A stretch of DNA of 64,000 nucleotides from an uncultured Fibrobacteraceae bacterium. Its GTDB lineage: Bacteria > Krumholzibacteriota > Krumholzibacteriia > LZORAL124-64-63. How positions within the stretch are numbered: position 1 is the first letter of the stretch; every line of letters starts with the position of its first letter. A program made the translations under genes and the position numbers. The stretch spans positions 4,829 to 68,828 of the forward strand of contig CAZJWO010000003.1 in the NCBI GenBank assembly GCA_964549735.1. Reading direction: 5' to 3'. Below are positions 21,721 to 32,286 of the stretch, one piece after another. Below the pieces are notes generated by a model. That model was not told where the DNA came from. It made no database searches and worked only from the letters and a program-made list of their open reading frames with translations.

Positions 21721-21916
21721 CGTCGCTGCCTCCTTCGTTCGTCATCTGGGCGACCGTGCGGTCGCCTTCTTCGCGATCGGCGACGGGGATGAGCATCCCC
21801 TGGCCGACGACGTACCATCCGTCGCGCCGGTGAATGACCCGCAGGTCGCCGCTGAGGTCGAATTCCATCCCGTCGCTGAAGCGCAGCCTGGCGGGGCGGT
21901 CATGATTGGATGCCAT
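21704..21916 (-). CDS. Small hypothetical protein
   Basis: ~70 aa starting MASNHDRPARLRF.... The upstream part of the annotated ORF is junk. Confidence 0.3.
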   Translation of the reverse strand: MASNHDRPARLRFSDGMEFDLSGDLRVIHRRDGWYVVGQGMLIPVADREEGDRTVAQMTNEGGSDDALRT

Positions 21917-22109
21917 GATTTGCTCCTTTCGGGACGCCGGGCCCCGTGCCCGCCGCATTGACAGTGACGAGCTTTCTGGGCCGAATGGGAAGGCAAATCG
22001 ACCCGGTAAATGCATTATTTCCAGTGATTTAAGTGCTCGCGAGGATCGGCGGATCGGGGCCGGATTCTGGCGCTTCACGGGGCCTCGCCCAGGCCGGGAT
22101 TGGCCCCCG

Positions 22110-23960
22110 TTACCCCCGCCAGCCATCGATCCACCCCCGGGGGCGTCGCACAGGCATCGACGGCTCGGACTCGGCCGCCGCCTGGACCTCTCGCTGGTGG
22201 GCCAGGGCCGCCGCTCGCTCGGGCAGAGACTTCACGAACGCGGGGCCGAGGATATAGAGGGCCGCCAGGCAATAGACCTCGAGGTCGAGGGCCTCGTTGC
22301 GGTCGCGGGTCTTGATCCACTCACGGACCGTGCCACGGTTCTTCACCCACTTGCGGATGGCCTTCTCCGCGGTCAGCTGGGCGATGTACTCTTCGTCAGT
22401 CCATTCGGGGAGGTGGCAGTAGCCGGGGCCCGGCGACCCGATGCGTAAACGCGAGTAGACGATCTCCTTGCCTGTGTCCACGCAGAGGGTGAACAGCTTC
22501 GCGCGGTACCGGTTGTGAGTAGATGGGCGACCGACCAGGGGCTTGCCTCGCTCGGAACCGCCGCGGACAGCGAACACGCGCCGGTCGATCCTGGCACGGC
22601 AGAACCGGTAGACCTGCTCGGAGTGGTGTCCGCCGCTGTCGACGGCGACGCAGGAGATCGGGACCTTCTGCCCGCTCTCGTGGGCGAACTCGGTTCGCAG
22701 GAAGCGGTCGAGGTCGAGCCAGACCTGGTCGCGCCCCGGATCACCGTGGAACTGGGAGAACGCGACGAGCCAGGACTCCTCCGACGCGCCGTATCCCTTT
22801 ACAGCGCACTCGAGCCGGTCGCCCTGGACATCGACCGAGGCTACGAGCACGCCCACGCCGTTGGGTACCTCGGCTTCGTATCGCTCCGCCCGGGCCAGCA
22901 GGCTGTCCGGGTCGACGGTCTCTCCGCGCTCCTCCCAGGTCTCTCCGAGTACGCTGTTGACCCAGTTCTTCAGCTTGAGGGGGTTCTCCTTGGCCTCCCG
23001 GAACTCGGTGACGGTGGCCGACCACGGGAGCCAGCCCAACGGCGAGTAGAGGCTGGACAGATGAAACCCGATCGTCTCGCCGGTGCCCTTGGCGGTGGGG
23101 CGCCACTGGCCGGATGCGAGCATCTGCGGCTTGAATCGTTCCTCGATCAGGACACCGCAGTTCACGCAGGCCAGAGCCGCGGTCTTGGGGTCATCGTCAC
23201 GCCACCGGATGTTCTCCCACCGCATCCAGTCGAAGTTGCCGCATTCGGGGCAGGGGACGAAGTACCGCCGCTGATCCGAGGCCAGGAATTCCCGCTCGAT
23301 CCGGGAGATGCCCTTGATCGTGGGTGTCGAGACCAGGAACACCTTGCGGCGCGAGTACAGTGGCCCAGTGGTGCGCTTCTCCGCCAGTGCGATCGGATCG
23401 CCCTGGCCGTCGACATCGCCCGGGTACTCGTCGATCTCGTCGCAGAAGAGCCAGCGGATCGGCATCGATTTGACGCCGGTCGCGGAGTTGGAGCCCGTCA
23501 GGAACAGCACGCCGCCGGGGAATTCCTTGATCAGGAGGCTGTTGCCGCCGTCTCGGGACCGCGCCTCGCGGACAAGCTCGTGCAGCACCGGCGTAGTGGC
23601 GATCATGGGATCGAGGCGCTGCCGACTGAACCGCCGGGCTTCGTCCACGGTGGGGCGCAGGACCAGGATCGGCCCAGGTGCGTGGTGCATCACGTAGCCG
23701 AGCCAGTTGTTGCCGGCCTCGGTGCCACCGAGCTGCGAGCCCTTCATGAAGACGACCCGGCGAGCCGGCGACCGCGGACCCAGGGCGTCCATGATCTCGC
23801 GCAGGTAGGGCGTCGTGTCCGTGTGCCAGTGGACAGCAGCATGGCCCGAGCGGTTGCCTAGCACGCGGTGTTCGTCGGCCCATTCGCTGACCGTCAGCCG
23901 CGGCTCCGGCCGCCATCCCGCCCGATAGGCGGCTTCGTAGACGTCACGGCCGTTCTGCAT
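22110..23960 (-). CDS. Phage terminase large subunit, GpA (lambda) family
   Basis: 616 aa. N-terminal ...LTVSEWADEHRVLGNRSGHAAVHWHTDTTPYLREIMDAL...KGSQLGGTEAGNNW... matches GpA-type terminases. Confidence 0.85.
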   Translation of the reverse strand: MQNGRDVYEAAYRAGWRPEPRLTVSEWADEHRVLGNRSGHAAVHWHTDTTPYLREIMDALGPRSPARRVVFMKGSQLGGTEAGNNWLGYVMHHAPGPILVLRPTVDEARRFSRQRLDPMIATTPVLHELVREARSRDGGNSLLIKEFPGGVLFLTGSNSATGVKSMPIRWLFCDEIDEYPGDVDGQGDPIALAEKRTTGPLYSRRKVFLVSTPTIKGISRIEREFLASDQRRYFVPCPECGNFDWMRWENIRWRDDDPKTAALACVNCGVLIEERFKPQMLASGQWRPTAKGTGETIGFHLSSLYSPLGWLPWSATVTEFREAKENPLKLKNWVNSVLGETWEERGETVDPDSLLARAERYEAEVPNGVGVLVASVDVQGDRLECAVKGYGASEESWLVAFSQFHGDPGRDQVWLDLDRFLRTEFAHESGQKVPISCVAVDSGGHHSEQVYRFCRARIDRRVFAVRGGSERGKPLVGRPSTHNRYRAKLFTLCVDTGKEIVYSRLRIGSPGPGYCHLPEWTDEEYIAQLTAEKAIRKWVKNRGTVREWIKTRDRNEALDLEVYCLAALYILGPAFVKSLPERAAALAHQREVQAAAESEPSMPVRRPRGWIDGWRG

Positions 23961-24507
23961 CCGCGATCTCCTGGCAGATCCGTTCGATTTCTTCCTCGAG
24001 GATGCGCTGGACCTCGGCGGGTTCCTGGACGGCGGCCAGGACGGTGGCGAGACGCTCGGGCAGGGCGATCAGCTGGTCGCGCGCCTTGCGGGCCATGTTG
24101 AACGCGCCGAGGCGGACCTCGTCGGCGGGGACGAGTGCACCGCGCCGGCGATCCAGCTCGAGCTTGGCCAGCTGCGCCTGGTACAACTCGCGAGCGGCGC
24201 GGGCTTTGGCGTAGCCGGTGGCTGTGGATGGCGCACCGATGGTCTCGTCGGCCGAGCCCAGGTCCATGGGTTCAGACGGCTCGCCCGGTGTCTTGGCTTG
24301 CTTTGGGTTGCCGGTGATCCGGTTGCGGGGCTTGCTCTGGTCGGTGTTCTGCTGCCACTCCTGGTCGGCAACGACAGGGTCGATTTTCCCGTTCACAGTC
24401 GAGATCCGGCCCGCCTTGATGGCGCGCTGAACTGCGACGTGGGTGACGCCACGCCGACGGGCGTACTCCCGTTGGGAGATCAGCTCCTTCTTCGCTTCCC
24501 TGACCAC
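23944..24507 (-). CDS. Phage terminase small subunit (HTH, Nu1/P27-like)
   Basis: N-terminal HTH ISQREYARRRGVTHVAVQRAIKAGRI. Overlaps the terL start. Acidic coiled-coil C-terminus. Confidence 0.6.
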   Translation of the reverse strand: MVREAKKELISQREYARRRGVTHVAVQRAIKAGRISTVNGKIDPVVADQEWQQNTDQSKPRNRITGNPKQAKTPGEPSEPMDLGSADETIGAPSTATGYAKARAARELYQAQLAKLELDRRRGALVPADEVRLGAFNMARKARDQLIALPERLATVLAAVQEPAEVQRILEEEIERICQEIADAERP

Positions 24508-24510
24508 CGC

Positions 24511-26007
24511 CTATCCATCCTGGTCGGCCCTGCGGTCGGCGGCGATCTCGTCGAAGGCCCGGCCGTCGCCGTCCAGGATGGCCTTCTGGCCGGTGGCTTC
24601 CTGCCAGCGCATCACGATCACGTCCGTGTACGCGGGATCGAGTTCCATGAGGAAGGCATGGCGGCCGGTTTGCTCCGCTCCCATCAGGGTCGAGCCGCTG
24701 CCGCCGAACAGGTCGAGCACGTTCTGGCCGGGCTTCGACGAGTACTGGATGGCCCGCACGGCCAACTCGACCGGCTTCTCGGTCAGGTGGACCATGCTCT
24801 GTGGGTTGACCTTCTTGACCGCCCAGACGTCGACGGCGTTGGTGGGGCCGTAGAACTTGTGGCCGGCTCCTTCGCGCCAGCCGTAGAACGCCCACTCGTG
24901 GTTGCCCATGTAGTCTTTGCGGGTGAGCACGGGGTGCTCCTTCACCCAGATGACCGCCTGGCTGAAGTACAGGCCGCAGGCCTTCAGCACCGGAGGGTAG
25001 TTGGCGCAGTTGGCGTAGCCGCCCCAGATGTAGAACGAGTGCCCCGGCTGCAGCACGCGGGCGATGTTCCCGAACCACGCCAGGAGCATCTCGTCGAAGG
25101 CCTCGTCCGTGACGAAGTCGTTGGCCAGTGGGCGGTCCTTGGGGCGCATCTTCCCGGTGGCCTTCGACTTGGTCTTGTGCCGCGCGAGGTCGAAACCCTG
25201 GTGGTGCATGCCTTTCGCATCGGAGGCCTCGACGGCGCTCTTGGTGGACGGCGGGAAGCTGGACAAGCCGGCGGCAATGGCGTTGTTGGACCGCGGTTCG
25301 ACCTTCACGTTGTAGGGAGGGTCGGTGTTCACGAGGTGGATCTTCTCGCCGCCCAGCAGTCGGTCGACGGCGGCAGAGTCGCAGCTGTCGCCGCACAGTA
25401 GGCGGTGGTTGCCAAGGACCCACAGGTCGCCAAGGCGACTCGTAGGCTCCTCAGGCGGCTCGGGGGCGGCGACCTCCTCCGGGATCTCCTCGTCGAGCAG
25501 GGTGTTGAGTTCGTCCAGGTCGAAGCCGGTCAGCTCGAGGTTGAAGTCGAGATCCTCGAGTGCCTTCAACTCCTCGGACAGCAGATCCTCATCCCAGCCG
25601 GCGTCCAGCGCGAGCCGGTTGTCGGCGATGACGTAGGCCCGCTTCTGGGCCTCGGTCAGGTGGGTGAGCTCGATCACCGGGACCGTGGTCATGCCCAGCT
25701 CGCGGGCCGCCAGCAGCCGACCGTGGCCCGCGATGATGCCGGCCTCGCCGTCGACCAGGATCGGGTTGGTCCACCCGAACTCGAGCAGGCTGGCCGCGAT
25801 CTTGGTGACCTGCTCGGCGCTGTGGGTCCGCGGGTTTCGCTCGTAGGGGCGGAGCCGGTCGATGTTCCAGTGTTCCAGTTTCCCGGGCAGTCTCACGGGA
25901 GACTCGGCACGCGCGGAATCGTCCGTAGGGGCCGTTTCGGGCGCGTCTGAGGCCTTCTTCGATTTACCAGCACTGGAACGTTTGGTGTCGGTGGTAACTT
26001 GTTTCAT
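24511..26007 (-). CDS. ParB-like nuclease domain fused to a DNA N6/N4 methyltransferase (phage anti-restriction/orphan MTase)
   Basis: ParB-N motif (...RNPRTHSAEQV...GHGRLLAAREL...) followed by DPPY (VNTDPPYNV) and SAM-binding motifs. Confidence 0.8.
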   Translation of the reverse strand: MKQVTTDTKRSSAGKSKKASDAPETAPTDDSARAESPVRLPGKLEHWNIDRLRPYERNPRTHSAEQVTKIAASLLEFGWTNPILVDGEAGIIAGHGRLLAARELGMTTVPVIELTHLTEAQKRAYVIADNRLALDAGWDEDLLSEELKALEDLDFNLELTGFDLDELNTLLDEEIPEEVAAPEPPEEPTSRLGDLWVLGNHRLLCGDSCDSAAVDRLLGGEKIHLVNTDPPYNVKVEPRSNNAIAAGLSSFPPSTKSAVEASDAKGMHHQGFDLARHKTKSKATGKMRPKDRPLANDFVTDEAFDEMLLAWFGNIARVLQPGHSFYIWGGYANCANYPPVLKACGLYFSQAVIWVKEHPVLTRKDYMGNHEWAFYGWREGAGHKFYGPTNAVDVWAVKKVNPQSMVHLTEKPVELAVRAIQYSSKPGQNVLDLFGGSGSTLMGAEQTGRHAFLMELDPAYTDVIVMRWQEATGQKAILDGDGRAFDEIAADRRADQDG

Positions 26008-26135
26008 GGTTCTCCCACGCTACGAGAGCCGAGGTCGCCGGCACCCGCGGTTGATGCCGCCGGAAGTACCTACAGCATCGTCGGTTGTAATTCGGAGGCT
26101 TCGCGGGGGCGAAGCGGTGAGCGATTCTCTCGGGT

Positions 26136-26801
26136 TCACAGACCCTGCCCCTTCGACCTCGCAATGGCGTTGAGGACTTCCTTCTCCATCTCCTCACGGA
26201 ACCAGCGGTCGGACTCCTTCTTGGCCGTCTCGACGAACCGCAGCCGCGGTTTGAGCTTCTTGCCGCTCGAGAAGAAATAGACCAGGCGCGAGGCCGCAGG
26301 CCCTGTGCGCTGGAAGATGCCGACCTCGGGCACGAGGTAGGTCTTGGTGCGCGTGACCCCGACGCGACGACGGCCGGTCTTGGTGAGATCGAAGCGGAGA
26401 CGGCGGACGCGCAGCTCGGGCGGGACGGGCTGCGTGAACCGCGGGCGGGCGGGTCCGCCGACCACGGGCTCGGCCACGCGTCGTGCCCCCTGCGTGGACG
26501 GTTTGCGTTCGGCACCACGCTCGAAGGCGGAAAGCAGGAGGCGGGGCTTCTGTCCGACCCCGATCTCGGCGTAGGACCGGCCCTGTTTCACGTTGGCGAA
26601 GGGCTTGATGACCGCGGCCTGGCGGAGGATGAACTCCTTCTTGCGGATCGTGAACTCATCCTCGACGCGCCGACGTTCGGCGGCCTGGATCCGCTTTGCC
26701 GTGTTGTTGATGGCGTTGACGACGGCATAGGCCAGCCGGCGCTGTCCGTTCTGCAGGCGCAGGACCAGCGGGGCGGAGTCGATCTGCAGGTCGATCCTCA
26801 T
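26136..26801 (-). CDS. Hypothetical phage protein
   Basis: Start set at MRIDLQID. The annotated N-terminal extension is Arg/Pro-rich junk. Confidence 0.45.
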   Translation of the reverse strand: MRIDLQIDSAPLVLRLQNGQRRLAYAVVNAINNTAKRIQAAERRRVEDEFTIRKKEFILRQAAVIKPFANVKQGRSYAEIGVGQKPRLLLSAFERGAERKPSTQGARRVAEPVVGGPARPRFTQPVPPELRVRRLRFDLTKTGRRRVGVTRTKTYLVPEVGIFQRTGPAASRLVYFFSSGKKLKPRLRFVETAKKESDRWFREEMEKEVLNAIARSKGQGL

Positions 26802-27106
26802 CGCGGCCCTCCAGAGTCGCCCCCGGACTGCTTGACCTGCTGGCTGTGCTGGTAGATGGCCTCGAGGGTGAGGCGGCCCCGGGACATCTCGACGAGGGCC
26901 ATGGCGCGAGCTGGGCTGGGTGCATGGCCCTGGAGCCACTCGTAGACAGCCTGGTTCGTGACGCGTAGGTCGGGATCGTAGGCCAGGCCGGCGACGATGC
27001 GAGGCACACCGAAATCGGCCACCCAGCGGCCGAACTCGGTCTGCCAGCGATCGGGGGCGCGCTTGAACCTGCCGCGTTCAAGCGCTTCGTCGCGGAACAT
27101 CGTCAC
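26798..27106 (-). CDS. Hypothetical phage protein
   Basis: 102-aa ORF. Confidence 0.45.
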   Translation of the reverse strand: MTMFRDEALERGRFKRAPDRWQTEFGRWVADFGVPRIVAGLAYDPDLRVTNQAVYEWLQGHAPSPARAMALVEMSRGRLTLEAIYQHSQQVKQSGGDSGGPR

Positions 27107-27205
27107 TCCCGGGGTGGACCGCAGGTCCGCCAGCGGCGAACAGAAAGCTTCTGCTGGTTACCTACCCCGTTTGTGATCGATGTGTCGGAATGAAACGCTC
27201 ACAGA

Positions 27206-27811
27206 CTAGCGCGAAGCGGCTCTCTCTTGCGCGGCATCCTTGAGAATCTCGAGCGCTTCTCGTGTCACGTAGAGCCCGATGCCGAAACCCACAACGAGAT
27301 CTGGATAGCGCGAGCCGGTAACGAATACCAACATGGCCGCGACCAGAACGGCCACGTTGGCGACCACGTCGGCGCGGGTGAAGATCCAGGTGGCGCGGAG
27401 ATGGACCTCGCCGTTGCGGTGCTTGGAGAGCAACCGAAGGACGATGGTGTTCACCACGAGGGCCGGAATGGCCAGAGCGGCCATGATCAGACTCTCCGGT
27501 TCGCTCCCGGTGATGGCTCGGGCGATGACGGCCACGCAAGCACCGAGGCCGAGCAGGAGGAGTATGGCGCCGCTGACTGTCGCCGCGCGCGCCTTGAAGA
27601 GCGATCCGCGGCTCACGGCCGCGATGGCGATCGCGTAGGCGGAAGCGTCGGCGAGCATGTCCAGAGAGTCCGCGATGAGTCCAGACGATTCACCAATGAC
27701 CCCGCCGATCATTTCGACCACGAACATCCCTGCGTTCAAGGCCAGGGCGAGACGGAGGGTCCTGCCCGCCTCGACAGAGGTCACCTCTGCGTGGCATCCA
27801 CAATCACTCAT
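27206..27811 (-). CDS. Cation diffusion facilitator-like membrane protein (TM domain only, ~200 aa)
   Basis: N-terminal CGCH. 5-6 TM helices with the CDF signature (SLIADSLDMLAD). Confidence 0.65.
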   Translation of the reverse strand: MSDCGCHAEVTSVEAGRTLRLALALNAGMFVVEMIGGVIGESSGLIADSLDMLADASAYAIAIAAVSRGSLFKARAATVSGAILLLLGLGACVAVIARAITGSEPESLIMAALAIPALVVNTIVLRLLSKHRNGEVHLRATWIFTRADVVANVAVLVAAMLVFVTGSRYPDLVVGFGIGLYVTREALEILKDAAQERAASR

Positions 27812-27871
27812 TCGAGCCGCTCCTCATGGACCGCGGTGCTATTCTGGTAAACATGGGGGTGAAGGCCCGGA

Positions 27872-28777
27872 CTAAGCGCATGGCCCGCACCCGTCCGTGT
27901 TTCCCCCGAAGTGTTCGAATTCAAGAGTGCTATGCTCGATAGCGAATTCCTTGCTCAGGAGTTTCTTCAATGCCCGCTTTGTCGTCTCAGCATCTTCGAT
28001 GTCATTCCAAGTAACGACGTGAGCTTCGAGAGCGCGACGGTGCTCATCGATCTGCCATACGTGAACGTGGTGCACGTCATGGACGCCCGGTACGGTGGCC
28101 ATCCGTTCGGTCAGCCGATCGAGATCCAGGTCGTCTGGAACGCTGTCCATGAGAATGCGGATCGATTCGGCCATCAACCGATATCCCTGGACCAGGATGT
28201 AGATGGCCAGCAACAGGGTGGCGATCAGGTCGGCAACGTACCATTGAAACACCAGCACGACGACCCCGACGCAGATGACGACGAGAGATCCAAGCGCGTC
28301 CGCGACGTTGTGGATGAAAGCGGCCTTGATGTTGAGGTTCTTCTTGGCCATCGAAAACGTCATAACGGCGGTCGCGACATCCACGACAAGAGCGAATCCG
28401 GCAACGATGACCACGATCCAGCCGTCGATGGGTTCCGGGTTCAGGAATCGGGCGAACGCCTCATAGACAAGGTACAACCCGACGATGATCAACGTCGTCG
28501 TATTGATCAGTGCGCCGATGACCTCGGCCTTGCGGTATCCGAATGTGCGTACCTTGTCGGCTGGTCGTCGCGCGATCCGCCGCGCGATGAGGGCGATTCC
28601 CAGCGACGCGGCGTCGTTCAGGTTGTGCAGGGCGTCCGCGACCAGCGACAGGCTGCCGGAGATGACGCCTCCGACAACCTGTGCGCCGGTCAGCAGCACA
28701 TTGACAGCAATGGCGACCAGCAGTCGGCGATCACCCGATCGTTCGGAATCAAAGTGGTGCGAGTGGCCATGGCCCAT
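27872..28777 (-). CDS. Cation diffusion facilitator family transporter (CzcD/ZitB-like) with His-rich N-terminus
   Basis: MGHGHSHH.... TM domain plus C-terminal cytoplasmic domain (...VHDVHHVHVWQID...). Confidence 0.85.
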   Translation of the reverse strand: MGHGHSHHFDSERSGDRRLLVAIAVNVLLTGAQVVGGVISGSLSLVADALHNLNDAASLGIALIARRIARRPADKVRTFGYRKAEVIGALINTTTLIIVGLYLVYEAFARFLNPEPIDGWIVVIVAGFALVVDVATAVMTFSMAKKNLNIKAAFIHNVADALGSLVVICVGVVVLVFQWYVADLIATLLLAIYILVQGYRLMAESIRILMDSVPDDLDLDRLTERMATVPGVHDVHHVHVWQIDEHRRALEAHVVTWNDIEDAETTKRALKKLLSKEFAIEHSTLEFEHFGGNTDGCGPCA

Positions 28778-28807
28778 TCCTGCTACCTCTTGTCGCGGCG
28801 CCTGCTG

Positions 28808-29146
28808 TCACACCGCGCTTTCGCCGGTCTCGCCGGTACTGATGCGAACGGCGTGACCGATGTCGGCGACGTAGATCTTCCCGTCCCCCTTCAGGCCGGT
28901 ATGCGCGGCGTTCTGGATCGCTGCCACGACATCATCGACGAGCTCGTCGCGACAGCATACTTCGATCTTCACGCCTTTTCGATAGCTGAGAGTGTCCGAC
29001 CCGGATGCGTCCTTCGTGGAGCTCCAACCCGCGCCGTAGCCGCGGCAGTCGACGACACTCATTCCCGTCAATCCTGCGATGCCGTGAAGCGCCGACGTGA
29101 CTTCGGAAAGCTTGTGCACCTGGATGTAGGCTTTGATCTCCTTCAT
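28808..29146 (-). CDS. P-II (GlnB/GlnK) family signal-transduction protein coupled to the RND pump gene
   Basis: MKEIKAYIQVHKLSEV...GLTGMSVVDCRGYG...KIEVCC...GDGKIYVADIGHAVRISTGE aligns with P-II along its full length. ATGA overlap with the czcA/cusA stop. Confidence 0.7.
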   Translation of the reverse strand: MKEIKAYIQVHKLSEVTSALHGIAGLTGMSVVDCRGYGAGWSSTKDASGSDTLSYRKGVKIEVCCRDELVDDVVAAIQNAAHTGLKGDGKIYVADIGHAVRISTGETGESAV

Positions 29147-32100
29147 GACGGATCTCCTTCGCGACTTCTCTCGTGTTCCACCTTGACCGCAAACCACTTG
29201 TAGAAGGCGGGGATCACGAGGAGGGTCAGTACGGTCGAGGTGACAAGGCCTCCGACGACCACGGTGGCCAGCGGCCGCTGGACCTCGCTGCCGGTCCCGT
29301 GCGAGAACAGCAGCGGCAAGAGTCCGAGAGCCGTTGTCGTCGCCGTCATCAGAACCGGTCGGAGCCTCTGACAGGCCCCCTGGACTGACGCTTCGGCCAG
29401 CGGGACGCCATCCCGCAACAACTGGTTGAGGTAGGTCACCAGCACCATGCCGTTCTCGAGCGCGATGCCGAATAGCGCGATGAATCCCACAGACGCCGGT
29501 ACGGAGAGGTTCTGGCCCGTAAGCCAGAGCCCGACAACGCCGCCGACCAGGGCCAGCGGAATATTCAACAGGATCAGCATCGAGTTGCGGATCGAGCCGA
29601 AGTTGCCGAAGAGCAGCAGGAACACGAACAGGAGCGTGACCGGCACGACCACCGCCAGACGCCGGTTGGCCTCCTGCTGGAGCCGGAACTGTCCGCCCCA
29701 GGTGACGAGATACCCCGCAGGCAGATCCACCGACGCGTCGATGGCCTCCTGCGCCTCGGCGACGAAGGAGCCGATGTCCCGGTTCACGACGTTGCACTGG
29801 ATGGAAACGAAGCGTTGGTTGTCCTCGCGGGTGATCTGCCGCGGACCGATGATCTCCTCGATGGAGGCCAGTTGATCGAGCGGAACCCGCGCTCCGTCCG
29901 GTGCCGTGATCAGGACGTGGCGGATGTCCTCGGCCGTGCTCCTCGCATCGGTCACGTAACGCACCAGGATGTCGAAGCGGCGAATCCCCTCGTAGATCTG
30001 CCCTGCGACCTCGCCGCCTATGGCGGCCCGGACGACCGCCTGCACCTCGTCGACGTTGATGCCGTACCTGGCGATCGCTTTGCGATCGATGCGCAGCAGG
30101 AGCTGAGGCGTACCGCTGACCTGGTCAACCTGGACATCGGCCGCTCCAGGCACCTGGCCGACGACCGCCGCCACTTGGGCAGCCTGTGCCATGAGGACGT
30201 CGAGGTCGGCACCGAAGATCTTGACTGCGAGTTCCGCCCGGACGCCTTCCAGGAGCTCGTCCACGGTCATCTCGATGGGCTGGGTCAGGTTGACCAGGAC
30301 GCCGGGCACGTTGCCGAGTTCCTCGCGAATGAGGTCCTCGATCCCTTCCTGACCGCCCGTGACCCGCCACTCCGATTCTGGTTGGAGGATAACGTAGATC
30401 TCCGCGCTGTTGATCGGGTCGGTGTGAGCGCCGACCTCTCCACGACCGATGCGGCTGATGACCTCCCGGATTTCGGGGATGGCCAGAAGCCTTCGCTCCA
30501 CGATCTGGGTCGTCCGCCGGCTTTCGGTCAAGGAGATGGACGGAGCCATCGTCAGGCGCACGACGATGGTCCCTTCGCGCAGCTTGGGTGTGAATTCCGA
30601 TCCGAGCCGGGGAACGATCAGGCCGCCGACGACTAGCAATACCACGGCCACCATCGCGGCGGCCCAGCGCCGGCGGACGAAGAAGGCGACGACCGGACGG
30701 TAGGGCACCTGCAGCCACCGGACTATCCGCGGCTCCTCCCCTGCTCCGCCATCCGCGCTCTTCTTGCCCGACCGCATCAGGAGACTGCTGAACGTAGGGG
30801 CGAGGAAGAGTGCGAAGACCAGGGAGCCGGACATAGCCATGGCCACCGTATAGGCGAGCGGCCGGAAGGTCTTGCCTTCGACACCCTGCAGCGTGAACAG
30901 CGGCACGAACACAAGGATGATGATGGAGATGGCGAAGAGGATTGGCCGCCCGACCTCCCCACAGGCCCCAGAGATGACGCTGAGTCGGGATTCATCCCGG
31001 CTCGCCAGCCGCAGGCGGCGGTCGACGTTCTCGACCATCACGATGGTGCCGTCGACCATCATGCCGATGGCGATGGCCAGGCCGCCGAGTGACATGAGGT
31101 TGGCCGAGATGCCGAAGCGCCCCATGAGCAGGAAGGCGAACAGCACCGAGAAGGGTAACGAGAGCGCCACGACGACGCTCGGGCGCAGGCCGCCCATGAA
31201 CACCAGCAGGACGATCGCCACCAGGACGATCCCCTGCAAGAGAGCGCTGGTCACGGTCTTCACGGCCGCCTCGACAAGGGCCTTCTGCTGGTAGTAGGGA
31301 ACGATCCGCACGCCCTCGGGCAGGATCTTGTTGATCTCCTCCAGCTTGCTCTCGACGCGGCTGATCACGGTCGAGGAATTCGTCCCGAACAGCTTGACGA
31401 CCTGCCCGGAAACGACCTCTCCCATGCCGTTGCGTGACTGCAGCCCGCGTCTTACCGCACCGCCTGTGCCGATCTCCGCCAGATCCGACAGGAAAATGGG
31501 CGTGCCGTCCTCGGTCTTGATGACGATCGAACGGAGATCCTCCGTGCCGGTGGCCAATCCCACCGAACGGACGATGAACTCCTCGGCGTTCTTCTCGATG
31601 AACTGGGCACCCACGTTGAGGTTGTTGGAGCGGATCGCGTCGATCACCTCGTCGAGCGTGACGTCGTATCGTAGGAGTTGTTCGGGCCTGATCTGGACGT
31701 GGAATTGCTTCTCGTGCCCCCCGATACCCAGGACCTCGGTGACGCCAGGCACGGTCTGCAGGTGGAATTTGATCAGCCAGTCCTGGATCGTGCGCAACTC
31801 CTCGAGGGAGTACTTTCCCGTCGTGTCGTCGAGGTAGTAGAAGAGGACAAGCCCCATCCCGGTCGAGATCGGCCCCATCTGGGGGTCCCCGAAACCCTCG
31901 GGGATCTGCTCGCGCGCTTCCTGCAGGCGCTCGCCGACGATCTGGCGGGCGAAGTAGATGTCCAAGCCGTCCTGGAAGTAGACGTTCACCACCGATAGGC
32001 CGAAATTGGATACCGATCGGACTTTCTCTACGCCCGGCAGGCCGGTCATGGCAGCCTCGACCGGAAAGGTGACGTATTTCTCTATCTCTTCAGGCGCGAG

Positions 32101-32265
32101 CCCATCTGTAACCGTGAAGACCTGCACCAGGTTGGGCGAGACGTCGGGAAAGGCGTCCACAGGCAGGCGCGTGTAGGCGAAGTAACCCACACCCATCACA
32201 AGCAGCGAGACGACGATCACCAGCAGCCGGTTCCTGAGGCTGAAACCTATGACTCGTTCAAGCAT
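29143..32265 (-). CDS. Heavy-metal efflux RND transporter, CusA/CzcA family
   Basis: 1040 aa, 12-TM RND architecture. Family-typical N-terminus MLERVIGFSLRNRLLVIVVSLLV. Confidence 0.9.
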   Translation of the reverse strand: MLERVIGFSLRNRLLVIVVSLLVMGVGYFAYTRLPVDAFPDVSPNLVQVFTVTDGLAPEEIEKYVTFPVEAAMTGLPGVEKVRSVSNFGLSVVNVYFQDGLDIYFARQIVGERLQEAREQIPEGFGDPQMGPISTGMGLVLFYYLDDTTGKYSLEELRTIQDWLIKFHLQTVPGVTEVLGIGGHEKQFHVQIRPEQLLRYDVTLDEVIDAIRSNNLNVGAQFIEKNAEEFIVRSVGLATGTEDLRSIVIKTEDGTPIFLSDLAEIGTGGAVRRGLQSRNGMGEVVSGQVVKLFGTNSSTVISRVESKLEEINKILPEGVRIVPYYQQKALVEAAVKTVTSALLQGIVLVAIVLLVFMGGLRPSVVVALSLPFSVLFAFLLMGRFGISANLMSLGGLAIAIGMMVDGTIVMVENVDRRLRLASRDESRLSVISGACGEVGRPILFAISIIILVFVPLFTLQGVEGKTFRPLAYTVAMAMSGSLVFALFLAPTFSSLLMRSGKKSADGGAGEEPRIVRWLQVPYRPVVAFFVRRRWAAAMVAVVLLVVGGLIVPRLGSEFTPKLREGTIVVRLTMAPSISLTESRRTTQIVERRLLAIPEIREVISRIGRGEVGAHTDPINSAEIYVILQPESEWRVTGGQEGIEDLIREELGNVPGVLVNLTQPIEMTVDELLEGVRAELAVKIFGADLDVLMAQAAQVAAVVGQVPGAADVQVDQVSGTPQLLLRIDRKAIARYGINVDEVQAVVRAAIGGEVAGQIYEGIRRFDILVRYVTDARSTAEDIRHVLITAPDGARVPLDQLASIEEIIGPRQITREDNQRFVSIQCNVVNRDIGSFVAEAQEAIDASVDLPAGYLVTWGGQFRLQQEANRRLAVVVPVTLLFVFLLLFGNFGSIRNSMLILLNIPLALVGGVVGLWLTGQNLSVPASVGFIALFGIALENGMVLVTYLNQLLRDGVPLAEASVQGACQRLRPVLMTATTTALGLLPLLFSHGTGSEVQRPLATVVVGGLVTSTVLTLLVIPAFYKWFAVKVEHERSREGDPS

Positions 32266-32286
32266 GTCAGACTCTCCGTTCTCCGA

